Of a stretch of DNA of 64,000 bases, positions 1 to 8,536 are shown piece after piece. The notes under the pieces are model-generated. The model did not search any database, was not told where the DNA came from, and saw only the letters and a list, made by a program, of their open reading frames with translations. Position numbers and translations under genes: made by a program. How positions within the stretch are numbered: the stretch's first letter is position 1; each line of letters starts with the position of its first letter. The DNA comes from Pseudomonadota bacterium (GTDB lineage: Bacteria; Pseudomonadota; Gammaproteobacteria; Pseudomonadales; JADFDG01): NCBI GenBank assembly GCA_049323295.1, contig JBMOON010000047.1, positions 181,033-245,032 of the forward strand, in the 5' to 3' direction.

Positions 1-1
1 C

Positions 2-316
2 CTGCTGCCCGCCTCGCTCAATGCCTTCCACTGGCACGGCGAAACCTTTGCCCTGCCGCCCGGTACCGTACGACTGGCATCATCCGCCGCCTGCACCAAC
101 CAGGTGTTCTGCGCCGGCGACCGGATCCTCGGCCTGCAGTGCCACCTCGAGGCCACGCCGGCCAGTGCGCAGGCACTGGTGCAGCACTGCGGCGACGAAC
201 TGGTGGCCGCTCCGTACGTCCAGCCGGCTGCCGACTTCCTCGCCGCACCGCAGCGTTTTGTCGCCGCCAACCAGGCGCTCGACCGGCTGCTGGACGGTTT
301 CTTTCTTTCCGCCTGA
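2..316 (+). CDS. Class-I (type 1) glutamine amidotransferase, C-terminal fragment (5' end outside window)
   Basis: Frame 2 reads [28 protein letters not shown]...[10 protein letters not shown]. The HWH..F pattern and catalytic H-x-E are typical of GATase1/GuaA-like amidotransferases. The ORF runs off the left edge; stop at 314-316. Confidence 0.7.
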   Translation: MLPASLNAFHWHGETFALPPGTVRLASSAACTNQVFCAGDRILGLQCHLEATPASAQALVQHCGDELVAAPYVQPAADFLAAPQRFVAANQALDRLLDGFFLSA

Positions 317-327
317 GATGCCACGGC

Positions 328-663
328 ATGAATAAATCCGTCGCCGGTCTGCTGCTCGTCGCCGCCGCCACGCTGCTGCCGGCGTGCGCCGCCGGCCCTT
401 CGCTCCCGGAAGCCTGTTCGGTGCTGCCGGAATCCGGTCGCTGCCGCGCCGCCATCACCCGCTGGTGGTTCGACGAACGCGCCGGCACCTGCAAGGCTTT
501 CATCTGGGGCGGCTGCGGCGGCAGCGTGCCGTTCGAAACACTGGAAAGCTGTCACGCGCAATGCATGCCGGGGCGCCCGCTGCCGCCGGATGCTCTCGCC
601 CGGCCGGTACAGGTGGTGCCGCCGGCAGACGGCGCCGCGCCCGCGCCCGCGAAGGCGCCATGA
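328..663 (+). CDS. Lipoprotein with a single Kunitz/BPTI-type serine-protease-inhibitor domain and a Pro/Ala-rich tail
   Basis: ATG at 328. Signal peptide plus lipobox [20 protein letters not shown]. Six Cys spaced 8-15-7-11-3. The core [27 protein letters not shown] parallels BPTI [27 protein letters not shown]. Confidence 0.75.
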   Translation: [111 protein letters not shown]

Positions 664-1220
664 CGCCGGTCACCTGCCGCAGCGCCGCGCTCGCCGCGCT
701 GCTCGCCCTGTCCGCCTGCGGACATGAACCGGAAACGCCGCCGCTTCCGCTGACGGCAGACACGCCGATCAGCCGCAGCGAGGCCGCAAACGCCATCTAC
801 GCCAGCGAGAACACCGCCAGCGGCCGCATGCAACTGGTCGACGGCCATTACGCCGATGACGATCTCGTCACCGGCGATCTCGACGTGACGGAGGCCCGCG
901 GCGACGTCGACGGCGACGGGCGTCCGGATCTGGCCGTGTTGCTGGTCACCGGTACCGGCGGCAGCGGCGTGTTCCGCGAGCTTTACCTGTTGCGGCGCAC
1001 CCCGGAAGGTCTGGCGGTCTCGGCACCGGCGCTGCTCGGCGATCGCGTCGAAGTGAACGCGTTGCGCATCGAGCAGCACGATATCGTCGTCGACCTGCTG
1101 GTGCAGGGCGAAAACGATCCGTTGTGCTGCCCGACGCAGGCCGTCACCTACCGGTTCCGCCTCGTCGCCGGAGAGCTGATCGAAACCACCGGCCGGCAGC
1201 GCGTCTATCTGAAGCAGTAA
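660..1220 (+). CDS. Lipoprotein of unknown function (Asp-rich GDVDGDGRPD loop, vicinal Cys-Cys)
   Basis: ATG at 660 overlaps the upstream TGA (ATGA). Signal peptide plus lipobox ...ALLALSAC. No family recognised by eye. Confidence 0.65.
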   Translation: MTPVTCRSAALAALLALSACGHEPETPPLPLTADTPISRSEAANAIYASENTASGRMQLVDGHYADDDLVTGDLDVTEARGDVDGDGRPDLAVLLVTGTGGSGVFRELYLLRRTPEGLAVSAPALLGDRVEVNALRIEQHDIVVDLLVQGENDPLCCPTQAVTYRFRLVAGELIETTGRQRVYLKQ

Positions 1221-1309
1221 CCGCGCTCAGAACACCGTACCGGGCGACAGGGCGCCGCGGCTGGCGGGTACGGGAGCGTCATCATGCGGGGCAGACGACG
1301 GCGCGCATC

Positions 1310-2746
1310 CTACACCAGCAGCAGGGTCGCCAGGCCGAGGAAAACGAAGAAGCCCATGCTGTCGGTGAAGGCCGTGACCAGGGTGCTGGAGCCCAGCGCC
1401 GGGTCGCGGTCGAAACGCTTGAGCACCAGCGGCACGCTGACGCCGACCAGCGCCGCGAAGAACAGGCAGATCACCATCGCCACGCCGATGGTGATCGACA
1501 GGTCCCAGTTGCCGTACAGCAGTTGCGCGAACAGCGTCACCACCAGTCCGAGCGAAAGGCCGTTCAGCAACGACACGGCAACTTCCTTGCGATAGACATC
1601 GCGCAGATTGTCGTTGCGCACCTGCTGCAGGGCCAGCGCGCGGATCACCAGTGCCGTCGTCTGGTTGCCGGTATTGCCGCTGATGCTGGCGACGATCGGC
1701 ATCAGGGTGGCGAGTGCCACCAGCTGCTCGATCGTGCTCTCGAACAGACCGATCACCCGCGAGGCGACGAACGCGGTTGCCAGATTGATCGCCAGCCAGT
1801 AGCCGCGGTTGCGCGCCGATTCACGCACCGGTGCATACAGGTCTTCCTCACCCTTCAGGCCGGCCGCGCCCAGCAGGTCCTCGTGACTGCTTTCGTGCAT
1901 CCACTCCATCACTGCTTCGACGGTGAGGCGACCGATCAGTTGCCGGCGGTGATTGATCACCGGTGCCGAAATGAGGTCGTAGCGTTCGAAGGCGTTGACC
2001 GCCGCCCGGGCTTCGTCGTCGGGCCGGAAACTGACGATTTCCTGCACGAGGATGTCCGCCAGTTTCGTCTGCGGCGGAACCAGCAGCAGTTTCGCCAGCG
2101 GAATGCAGCCCTGCAGCACGCCGCGCGCATCGACGACGAAAATCGCATCGGTCTGCGCCGGCAGCCGGCCGTCGTTGCGCAGGCGATCGACGACCTCCGC
2201 GACCGTCGCATGACTGGTCGCCGACGTGTATTCGCGCGTCATCAGGTTGCCGACGCTGTCTTCCTCGTAGCCCAGCGCGGAAGCGACCCATTGCTGTTCG
2301 CTGCTGCTCAGCTGCGCCAGCCGCGTTTCCAGCACATCGCGCGGCAGGTCCTCGGCCAGCCAGGCCAGATCCTCGGCGTCGAGCTGGGTGAGCAGCTGGG
2401 CCAGCTCGCTCTCGTCGAGCACTTCGATCAGCCAGCCACGCACCGCATCGCCGGCTTCAAGCAGCACCACGCCGCCGCGCTCGCCGCGCACCACGTCCCA
2501 CACGCGCCGCCGCTCGTCCAGCGGCAGCCCTTCGAGGATGTCGGCGATATCGGCCGCGTGCAGGCGCGCCAGCATCATCGACAGCGCGGCGGCTTCCTGT
2601 TTCCCGGCCAGCCGCTCCACCATTTCACGGTGCTGCGGATCCTGTTGCTGGGCCAGCTGGGAGAGGAAATGCTGGCGCCCGAGCATGCGCCGCACCTCGC
2701 GCAGCGCGGCGCGGCGGGCTTCCGGGCTTTCGAGGTTGCCGGCCAT
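1310..2746 (-). CDS. mgtE: Magnesium transporter MgtE
   Basis: Carries an N-domain, tandem CBS region and C-terminal TM domain ending ...FTDSMGFFVFLGLATLLLV. Start MAGNLESPE checked as CAT at 2744-2746, with GGAGGGG 7 nt upstream. Confidence 0.9.
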   Translation of the reverse strand: MAGNLESPEARRAALREVRRMLGRQHFLSQLAQQQDPQHREMVERLAGKQEAAALSMMLARLHAADIADILEGLPLDERRRVWDVVRGERGGVVLLEAGDAVRGWLIEVLDESELAQLLTQLDAEDLAWLAEDLPRDVLETRLAQLSSSEQQWVASALGYEEDSVGNLMTREYTSATSHATVAEVVDRLRNDGRLPAQTDAIFVVDARGVLQGCIPLAKLLLVPPQTKLADILVQEIVSFRPDDEARAAVNAFERYDLISAPVINHRRQLIGRLTVEAVMEWMHESSHEDLLGAAGLKGEEDLYAPVRESARNRGYWLAINLATAFVASRVIGLFESTIEQLVALATLMPIVASISGNTGNQTTALVIRALALQQVRNDNLRDVYRKEVAVSLLNGLSLGLVVTLFAQLLYGNWDLSITIGVAMVICLFFAALVGVSVPLVLKRFDRDPALGSSTLVTAFTDSMGFFVFLGLATLLLV

Positions 2747-2818
2747 GGGCACCCCTCCGGGCATGCAGTTAGGCACTCCGGCGAGTGTAGCGCGTGAAGA
2801 TGGAGCAGTAACCCATTG

Positions 2819-2862
2819 GCAAAAAAGAACAAAACGACGAGAAAACCGGCAACAGGCCGGCC
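2819..2862 (-). terminator. Rho-independent terminator-like hairpin plus long T-rich tract between the H-NS-like gene and mgtE
   Basis: Minus strand reads ggCCGGCctgttGCCGGttttctcgtcgttttgttctttttt. The stem is 5 bp GC plus 2 G-U pairs. It lies about 255 nt downstream of the H-NS-like stop and about 75-115 nt upstream of the mgtE ATG. Confidence 0.45.
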
Positions 2863-3117
2863 ATCGCCCCCTCTTCCAGTCCGTCGGCCGGTACTCCCGG
2901 CGGCACAGGGACCGGTCTAGGCTGACCCCTGACTCATCCTTTTTTCCTAGCCGGTCTCCGACAGCCCGGTCAGGTGGACGCCCCGGGGCGTCCGGATTGC
3001 AGTCCTGTCGCCGGCGCCGGATGGCGCTGTCGGCTCCGGTCGTCGGGGCGGGTCAGCCCGCCGCGGCCGGGCCACACGTGCCGGTGGTCGGCGGCGACAG
3101 GCAGGAGGAATTCCGGG

Positions 3118-3594
3118 CTACTTCTTCAGCCAGGAACGCACTTCGGTGAAACCGAACTCGTCGACCCAGACGTCGAGCTGCTTCGGATTGCGACGCTTCT
3201 TCTCGATCCGCTCGCCGGTCAGCGGGTTGCGGTAGACCCCGGTGGGCAGCGTCGGATTGTTGAGCGGATCCTTTTCCTTCTTCGCGCCGCGCTTCGGGCC
3301 GCGCGCGGCCTTCGTACCGGCGGTGGCGAAATAATCGCGCAGTTGCTGCCAGTACAGCGGCGGCTCGCCGCCGCCCTTCGTTCCGGCCTTGATCCACTCC
3401 ACGATCGCATCGGCACGCGCCACGAACAGTTCGTGTTCGGTCAGGCCGAAATCGCGCACCAGCGTGGCCACCAGTTCCTGGAAGCGCTGCACGCCTTCCA
3501 GCTTGCGCACGTGCATGTTCTTCAGTTGTTCCAGCTCATCCATCCGCCGGCGGAGTTCGGCGATCTGCTGGTCATAGTCTTTCTCGAGGCTCAT
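3118..3594 (-). CDS. H-NS-family-like nucleoid-associated DNA-binding protein (divergent C-terminal motif)
   Basis: N-terminal coiled coil (DYDQQIAELRRRMDELEQLK), a basic Lys/Gly linker, and C-terminal YRNPLTGERIEKKRRNPKQLDVW. The C-terminus is colinear with the H-NS/MvaT motif Y.dP.TG.tWsGRGR.PkW. Confidence 0.55.
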   Translation of the reverse strand: MSLEKDYDQQIAELRRRMDELEQLKNMHVRKLEGVQRFQELVATLVRDFGLTEHELFVARADAIVEWIKAGTKGGGEPPLYWQQLRDYFATAGTKAARGPKRGAKKEKDPLNNPTLPTGVYRNPLTGERIEKKRRNPKQLDVWVDEFGFTEVRSWLKK

Positions 3595-3622
3595 GGGGGC
3601 ACTACCTGGCGGACGGGAGATA

Positions 3623-4372
3623 TCAGGAGGGAAGCCGGCGGGCCGCGTAACGGGCCGTGAAACGCCGCGTGGTCACGGCCTGTCGCAGGCCGGCCACGGT
3701 GCCTGCCTGCGACAGGAAACTCAAGACCCGGTTCTGGCAGCCGGGCGTGCTCAGCGACAGTACTGCCGGAAACCGGGCGCGCCGCCGCTTTTCACTGCCG
3801 AAAACTGACCGCCAGGGGGACTGCGCGGCTTCGCGGCGATCCGCAAAATTGACCGTCAGCAGGCCGCGTTTGCCGAGATGCGTGACCAGCAGGTCGAGCC
3901 AGTCGGCATCGGCACGCACCGCACGGCAGGGAACCCCGTCGCGCTCGCCGAACAGATCGTCGATCACCAGGTCGAAGGGCGGGCCGTCATACAGTGCCAG
4001 CCAGTTGATCGCGTTGTCGCAGACCAGCTCCAGACTGCCGCCGGCGGGCGCATCCAGGCCGAAAAACCGTTGCGCCACCTGCAGATGCACCGGATTCAGT
4101 TCGATGCCGGTGATGTGCGCCTGCGGAAAGAATTCCCGCAACTGGCGGATGGCGGCGCCGCCGCCGACGCCGAGCACGAGCACCCGTCGTACCTGCTCCG
4201 GCGGCAACAGCAGCGCGGCCATCGTCAGCAGGTCCCACACGCTGCCGGTCGCCAGACGCTGCGGGTTGTACTGCGTGTGCAGCACGCCGTTGGTGTAAAG
4301 CCGCAGCGTCCGCCCCGCGCGCCGCAATTCGTAGCGCACGCCGTCCACGCGTTTCTGCCAGACCACCGCCAT
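3623..4372 (-). CDS. Class I SAM-dependent methyltransferase / spermidine-synthase-like protein
   Basis: SAM-binding motif VLVLGVGGGAAIRQL...ITGIELNP and an acidic loop DLVIDDLF. The start (CAT 4370-4372) overlaps the tcdA stop by 1 nt. Confidence 0.6.
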   Translation of the reverse strand: MAVVWQKRVDGVRYELRRAGRTLRLYTNGVLHTQYNPQRLATGSVWDLLTMAALLLPPEQVRRVLVLGVGGGAAIRQLREFFPQAHITGIELNPVHLQVAQRFFGLDAPAGGSLELVCDNAINWLALYDGPPFDLVIDDLFGERDGVPCRAVRADADWLDLLVTHLGKRGLLTVNFADRREAAQSPWRSVFGSEKRRRARFPAVLSLSTPGCQNRVLSFLSQAGTVAGLRQAVTTRRFTARYAARRLPS

Positions 4373-5199
4373 CAGGAGGCGTCCGGTGCCGGCATGGCCG
4401 GCGGACGATCCGCCGTCGCGAGCTTTTCCAGCACGCGCGATACCGCCACCAGTCCGAACGTGGCCGTCACCGTCATCGCGGCACCGAAGCCGCTTTCGCA
4501 GTCCAGCCGCTTCGGGCCGTCTTCCCAGGACTTCTCGCAGGAAACGCCGCCATCCGCCGTCGGATAACGCAACTGTTCGAGCGAATAGACGCAGGGCACG
4601 GAATAGTGACGCTTCGGATTGCGCGACCAGCCGTAATGGCGACGCAAAATCGAGCGCACCTTGGCGGCCAGCGGATCGTTGGTGGTGCGGTTCAGGTCGA
4701 CTACGCGTACCTGCGTGGGATCCACCTGCCCGCCGGCCGCGCCGGTGGCGATCACCGGAATCTTTTCGCGCTTGCAGTGCCAGATCAGTGCCGCCTTGGT
4801 GCCGGCCACGTCGATGGCATCGATGACGAAATCCATGTCGCGGGTCAGCAGGCGGCGCAGGTTGTCGCGCGAAACGAATTCCTCGACGGCACGCACGTCG
4901 CACTGCGGCTGGATGGCGCGGATGCGCTCCGCCATCGCCTGCACTTTCGGCCGGCCGATGTTGCCTTCGTTGGCGTGCACCTGGCGGTTGCTGTTGGTGA
5001 GGCAGACGTCGTCGAGATCGATCAGCGTCAGGGTACCGACCCCGGAACGCGCCAGCGCTTCGGCCGCCCAGGAGCCGACGCCGCCGATGCCCACCACGCA
5101 GACGTGCGCGCGTGCGAACGCACGGGCGGCGGAACGGCCGTACAGGCGGGCGACGCCGCCGAAACGGGGGTCGATATCGTCGGGTTCGGGAGTACTCAT
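4372..5199 (-). CDS. tcdA: tRNA threonylcarbamoyladenosine (t6A) dehydratase TcdA (CsdL/YgdL)
   Basis: ThiF/MoeB-type fold with VCVVGIGGVGSWAAEALARSGVGTLTLIDLDDVCLTNSNRQ. Full-length colinearity with YgdL-type proteins. Start MSTPEPDD checked at 5197-5199. Confidence 0.85.
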   Translation of the reverse strand: MSTPEPDDIDPRFGGVARLYGRSAARAFARAHVCVVGIGGVGSWAAEALARSGVGTLTLIDLDDVCLTNSNRQVHANEGNIGRPKVQAMAERIRAIQPQCDVRAVEEFVSRDNLRRLLTRDMDFVIDAIDVAGTKAALIWHCKREKIPVIATGAAGGQVDPTQVRVVDLNRTTNDPLAAKVRSILRRHYGWSRNPKRHYSVPCVYSLEQLRYPTADGGVSCEKSWEDGPKRLDCESGFGAAMTVTATFGLVAVSRVLEKLATADRPPAMPAPDAS

Positions 5200-5302
5200 G
5201 AGGCCGGCGATTATAGCCCCGGGCTGCCCGCCGCCCGCCGCATGACGCCCCCGGCATGCTGTGCTAGCGTGCGCCCCGCCATCGCCCTGCCCGGAGCCCC
5301 CC

Positions 5303-6151
5303 ATGGATTTCGAAGCCCTGTGGAAAGTCATCGAACAGGACCTCGTGCACTGGAGCACGCGGGTGCTCGCCGCCATCGCCATTTTCGTCATCGGCCGCTG
5401 GATCACCCGCCGGCTGGTCGATGCGCTCGGGCGCATCATGCAGCGCCGGGAGATCGAGCCGACCGTCGCCCGCTTCCTGCAGAACCTCACCGGCGCGGTA
5501 CTGCTGGTCGTCAACATCCTCGCCGCCCTGAATGCGCTGGGCATCCCCACCGCCTCGATGCTGGCGGTCATGGGTGCCGCCGGCCTCGCCATCGGTCTGG
5601 CACTCAAGGATTCGCTGTCGAATATCGCCTCCGGGGTCCTGATGGTGGCCTTCCGGCCGTTCCGCGTCGGCGACTTCGTCGAATGCGCCGGCACCAAGGG
5701 CAAGGTGGAAAAGATCTCGGTCTTCTATACCGAGCTGCGCAGCATCGACAACAAGCTGGTGATCGTTCCCAACTCGCTGGTCACCAGCGGCGTGATCACC
5801 AACTACACGGCCGACGACGAACGCCGGCTCGAACTGTCGGTGGGCGTCGGCTATGGCAGCGACATCAAGGCAGTGCGCGAACTGCTGCTGAAGACACTCA
5901 TCGAACACCCGCGCGTGCTCAAGACGCCGGCACCGCAGGTCGGTGCGGTCAGCTTCGGTGACAGCGCGATCAACTTCGTGCTGCGTCCCTGGGTACTCGG
6001 CGACAACTACTGGGATGCCACCTTCGAGATCAACGAGGCGATCAAGCACGCACTGGAAGAGCATGGCATCGAGATTCCCTTCCCGCAGCGCGTCACCCGC
6101 GTCATCCACGAAGGTCCGGCCGGCAACGGCGACCGGGGACGCGACGCGTGA
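5303..6151 (+). CDS. mscS: Small-conductance mechanosensitive channel (MscS family)
   Basis: Three TM segments followed by the MscS beta-domain motif ASGVLMVAFRPFRVGDFVE...GKVEKISVFYTELRSIDNKLVIVPNS. ATG at 5303; an upstream alternative start exists at 5261. Confidence 0.85.
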   Translation: MDFEALWKVIEQDLVHWSTRVLAAIAIFVIGRWITRRLVDALGRIMQRREIEPTVARFLQNLTGAVLLVVNILAALNALGIPTASMLAVMGAAGLAIGLALKDSLSNIASGVLMVAFRPFRVGDFVECAGTKGKVEKISVFYTELRSIDNKLVIVPNSLVTSGVITNYTADDERRLELSVGVGYGSDIKAVRELLLKTLIEHPRVLKTPAPQVGAVSFGDSAINFVLRPWVLGDNYWDATFEINEAIKHALEEHGIEIPFPQRVTRVIHEGPAGNGDRGRDA

Positions 6152-6849
6152 GACTCGACAAGATCGTCAGCCACGCCACCGGCCTCACCCGCAAGGAAGC
6201 GCGGAAGCTGATCCGCGACGGCCGGCTGCGCGTCGGTGCGGAACTGGTACGCGACGCAGCCTTCCACGTTACGCCGGACCATGACGTCCTGCTCGACGGC
6301 GAACCGCTGGGCGACGGCGGACCGCGCTACTTCATGCTGCACAAGCCGCAGGGCGTGATCAGTGCGACGCACGATGGCCAGCACCAGACCGTGCTCAACC
6401 TGCTCGACGAGCCGCACGTGGAGAAACTGCACATCGCCGGCCGCCTGGACATCGACACCACCGGCCTGGTGCTGATCACCGACGATGGCCAGTGGTCACA
6501 CCGCATCACGCATCCGGGACGCGGTTGCCGCAAGGTTTACCGGGTGGAAGTCACCCACCCGCTGGATCCGGCGCTGGTGGCCCTGTTCCGGCAGGGCGTC
6601 ATGCTGCACGGCGAAACGGAGCCGACGCTGCCGGCCGAGCTGCAGATCCTCGATACGCCGGGCCGCAACGAATGCCTGCTGGTCCTGCAGGAAGGGCGCC
6701 ACCACCAGGTCAAGCGCATGTTCGCCTCGGTCGACAACCGGGTGACGAAACTGCATCGCGAGCGGATCGGCGACATTGTGCTCGATCCGGAACTGGCGCC
6801 CGGCGAATACCGCCACCTCACACCGGAAGAAATCGCCTCGGTGGCGTGA
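6148..6849 (+). CDS. rsuA: 16S rRNA pseudouridine(516) synthase RsuA
   Basis: S4 domain MRLDKIVSHATGLTRKEARKLI, catalytic motif HIAGRLDIDTTGLVLITDDG, and a C-terminal ..GRHHQVKRMFA. GTG start overlaps the mscS stop (GTGA). Confidence 0.85.
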   Translation: MRLDKIVSHATGLTRKEARKLIRDGRLRVGAELVRDAAFHVTPDHDVLLDGEPLGDGGPRYFMLHKPQGVISATHDGQHQTVLNLLDEPHVEKLHIAGRLDIDTTGLVLITDDGQWSHRITHPGRGCRKVYRVEVTHPLDPALVALFRQGVMLHGETEPTLPAELQILDTPGRNECLLVLQEGRHHQVKRMFASVDNRVTKLHRERIGDIVLDPELAPGEYRHLTPEEIASVA

Positions 6850-6861
6850 AAACAGCCGGCA

Positions 6862-7179
6862 CTACCAGGCAATCTTGCCGGTGAGCATGTCCTTGAACAT
6901 CACGAAGTCGCCGAGCAGGCTGTAGAACGGATTGTGGAACGTGGCCGGCTTGTTGTGCTCGAAGAAGAAGTGGCCGACCCAGGCAAAACCGTAGCCGAGC
7001 ACCGGCAGCACCCACAGCAGCACCCACTGCTGCGATGCCAGCACGTAGCCCAGTGTGGCAATGACTCCCAGCGTGCCGATGAAATGCAGTCGGCGACAGG
7101 TGCTGTTCGAATGCTCGCCGAGATAGAACGGATAGAACTCGGCAAAGCTGGAAAACTTTCGCTGCGTCGTGTCGCCCAT
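6862..7179 (-). CDS. DUF962 / Mpo1-like membrane protein
   Basis: FAEFYPFYLGEHSNSTCRRLHFIGT...GHFFFEHNKPATF matches the YGL010w/Mpo1-like family signature. Confidence 0.75.
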   Translation of the reverse strand: MGDTTQRKFSSFAEFYPFYLGEHSNSTCRRLHFIGTLGVIATLGYVLASQQWVLLWVLPVLGYGFAWVGHFFFEHNKPATFHNPFYSLLGDFVMFKDMLTGKIAW

Positions 7180-7238
7180 GTTGCTCTCCTGCGCCGCGTA
7201 CCGGCCTGTGCATGATTCCGGTGGCGCGCCTGCGCCGT

Positions 7239-8333
7239 TCAGTGAACCGTCAGTTCGAAGCCCGCTTCGCGGTTGCCCTGGATCAGTGCTTCAAGGCCGA
7301 ATGCCCGTACCGGACCCAGCGCACCGCTGGTCTGCACGCGATCGTTCAGTGCCTGCTCGGCACCCCAGGCCAGGATGCCGGCCGTGTAGGTGTACACGTT
7401 GACGCCACGCAGTTCGGCGGTTGCCAGGACATTGCCTTCAGCGTCGTAGGCGATACCGATCACGTGCGCACCGGTCGCGCCGCGCTGCTCGTCGCTGGGA
7501 CCGCGGCCGGTGGATACGACCCGGTCGGCCAGCCACGCCAGCGCGCGCTTGTAGAGCGGCAGCCGGAACAGCACCAGACTCTGCAGGCGGGAGAAACCGC
7601 TGACCAGCGGCGCGACGGCACCGGCACCCAGATAGACGTTGACATCGGTCAGCTGCGGATACGATGCCGGCAGCGCAATGCATTCGGAACCGGGCACCGA
7701 GAATGCGTTCACTTTCCGGCCGTCGACATCGAAGCTGCGCACGGTGGCAGCACCGAAGGCCAGCTGCTGCGCGCCGTTGTTGAAACCGACGCCGGGCTCG
7801 AGCATGGCGCCGGCCAGTGAACTGAACGTGCCCTGGCTCACCGCCACCCGGCCGAGAAAGAAGTAGCCGACGTCGACGCGCACGGCATCACGGCCGGCTT
7901 TTTCCAGCGCGGCAGCCGCTACCGTATGGCCCGGCACGTAGTCGTAGCCGAACGCAGTGATGAATGCCTTGCCGGCCGCGCGCGCGCGCGTGCCGTATTG
8001 TTCGAACACCTGGCGGATGAACGCCGGCTCGCCGGTGGAATCGAAGTAGTGCGCCTTGCCGGCCAGGGCAGCATCGAGTGCCGGCTTGCCGTAACGCGCG
8101 AACGGTCCGACGGTGGAAACGAGAACGTCGCCCGTCTTCACGATCTTGCGCACCGACACCGGTTTGTCGACGTCGGCCACACGCACTTCGAGATCGCCGA
8201 GTTCCTTCGCCAGTGCCTGCAGGGAGGCGCGGTTGCGACCGGCAAGCACCGGACGCAGGCCGCGGTCGACCATCGCCCGGGCAGTCAGTCTGCCGGTGTA
8301 GCCGGTGGCGCCGAACAGCACGATATCGGGCAT
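7239..8333 (-). CDS. Saccharopine dehydrogenase-like NAD(P)-binding oxidoreductase (trans-acting enoyl-reductase-like)
   Basis: N-terminal Rossmann motif MPDIVLFGATGYTGRL. ...VSTVGPFARYG...FDSTGE is typical of the family. Start checked as CAT 8331-8333. Confidence 0.75.
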   Translation of the reverse strand: MPDIVLFGATGYTGRLTARAMVDRGLRPVLAGRNRASLQALAKELGDLEVRVADVDKPVSVRKIVKTGDVLVSTVGPFARYGKPALDAALAGKAHYFDSTGEPAFIRQVFEQYGTRARAAGKAFITAFGYDYVPGHTVAAAALEKAGRDAVRVDVGYFFLGRVAVSQGTFSSLAGAMLEPGVGFNNGAQQLAFGAATVRSFDVDGRKVNAFSVPGSECIALPASYPQLTDVNVYLGAGAVAPLVSGFSRLQSLVLFRLPLYKRALAWLADRVVSTGRGPSDEQRGATGAHVIGIAYDAEGNVLATAELRGVNVYTYTAGILAWGAEQALNDRVQTSGALGPVRAFGLEALIQGNREAGFELTVH

Positions 8334-8536
8334 GGAATCCTCGGTCGGGAAATCGCGGAACACCGCGTCGGGACAGCAACAATGTCAGTGTGCGACAGCA
8401 CGGGTTCGCGTCGGCACAACAGGGGACTCCTGCAAAGTAACGAACGGTAGCCGGGGCGGCAAGGGGCTGCTATAACGCCGATCCGGGGCTGCCAACCACG
8501 TCACGCGCGACCCCGCCGTTCCCGTCCGGAGTTCCG

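Noticed and set aside
2863-3000. Possible M-box (ykoK) Mg2+ riboswitch upstream of mgtE
   Set aside because: The conserved M-box segments I remember (GUUAGGUGAGGCUCC, CUGCCC..AAA..GUC, GCUAAAGCUCUACG) are absent. The region is structured but not recognisably M-box. It is kept only as a generic structured-leader finding.
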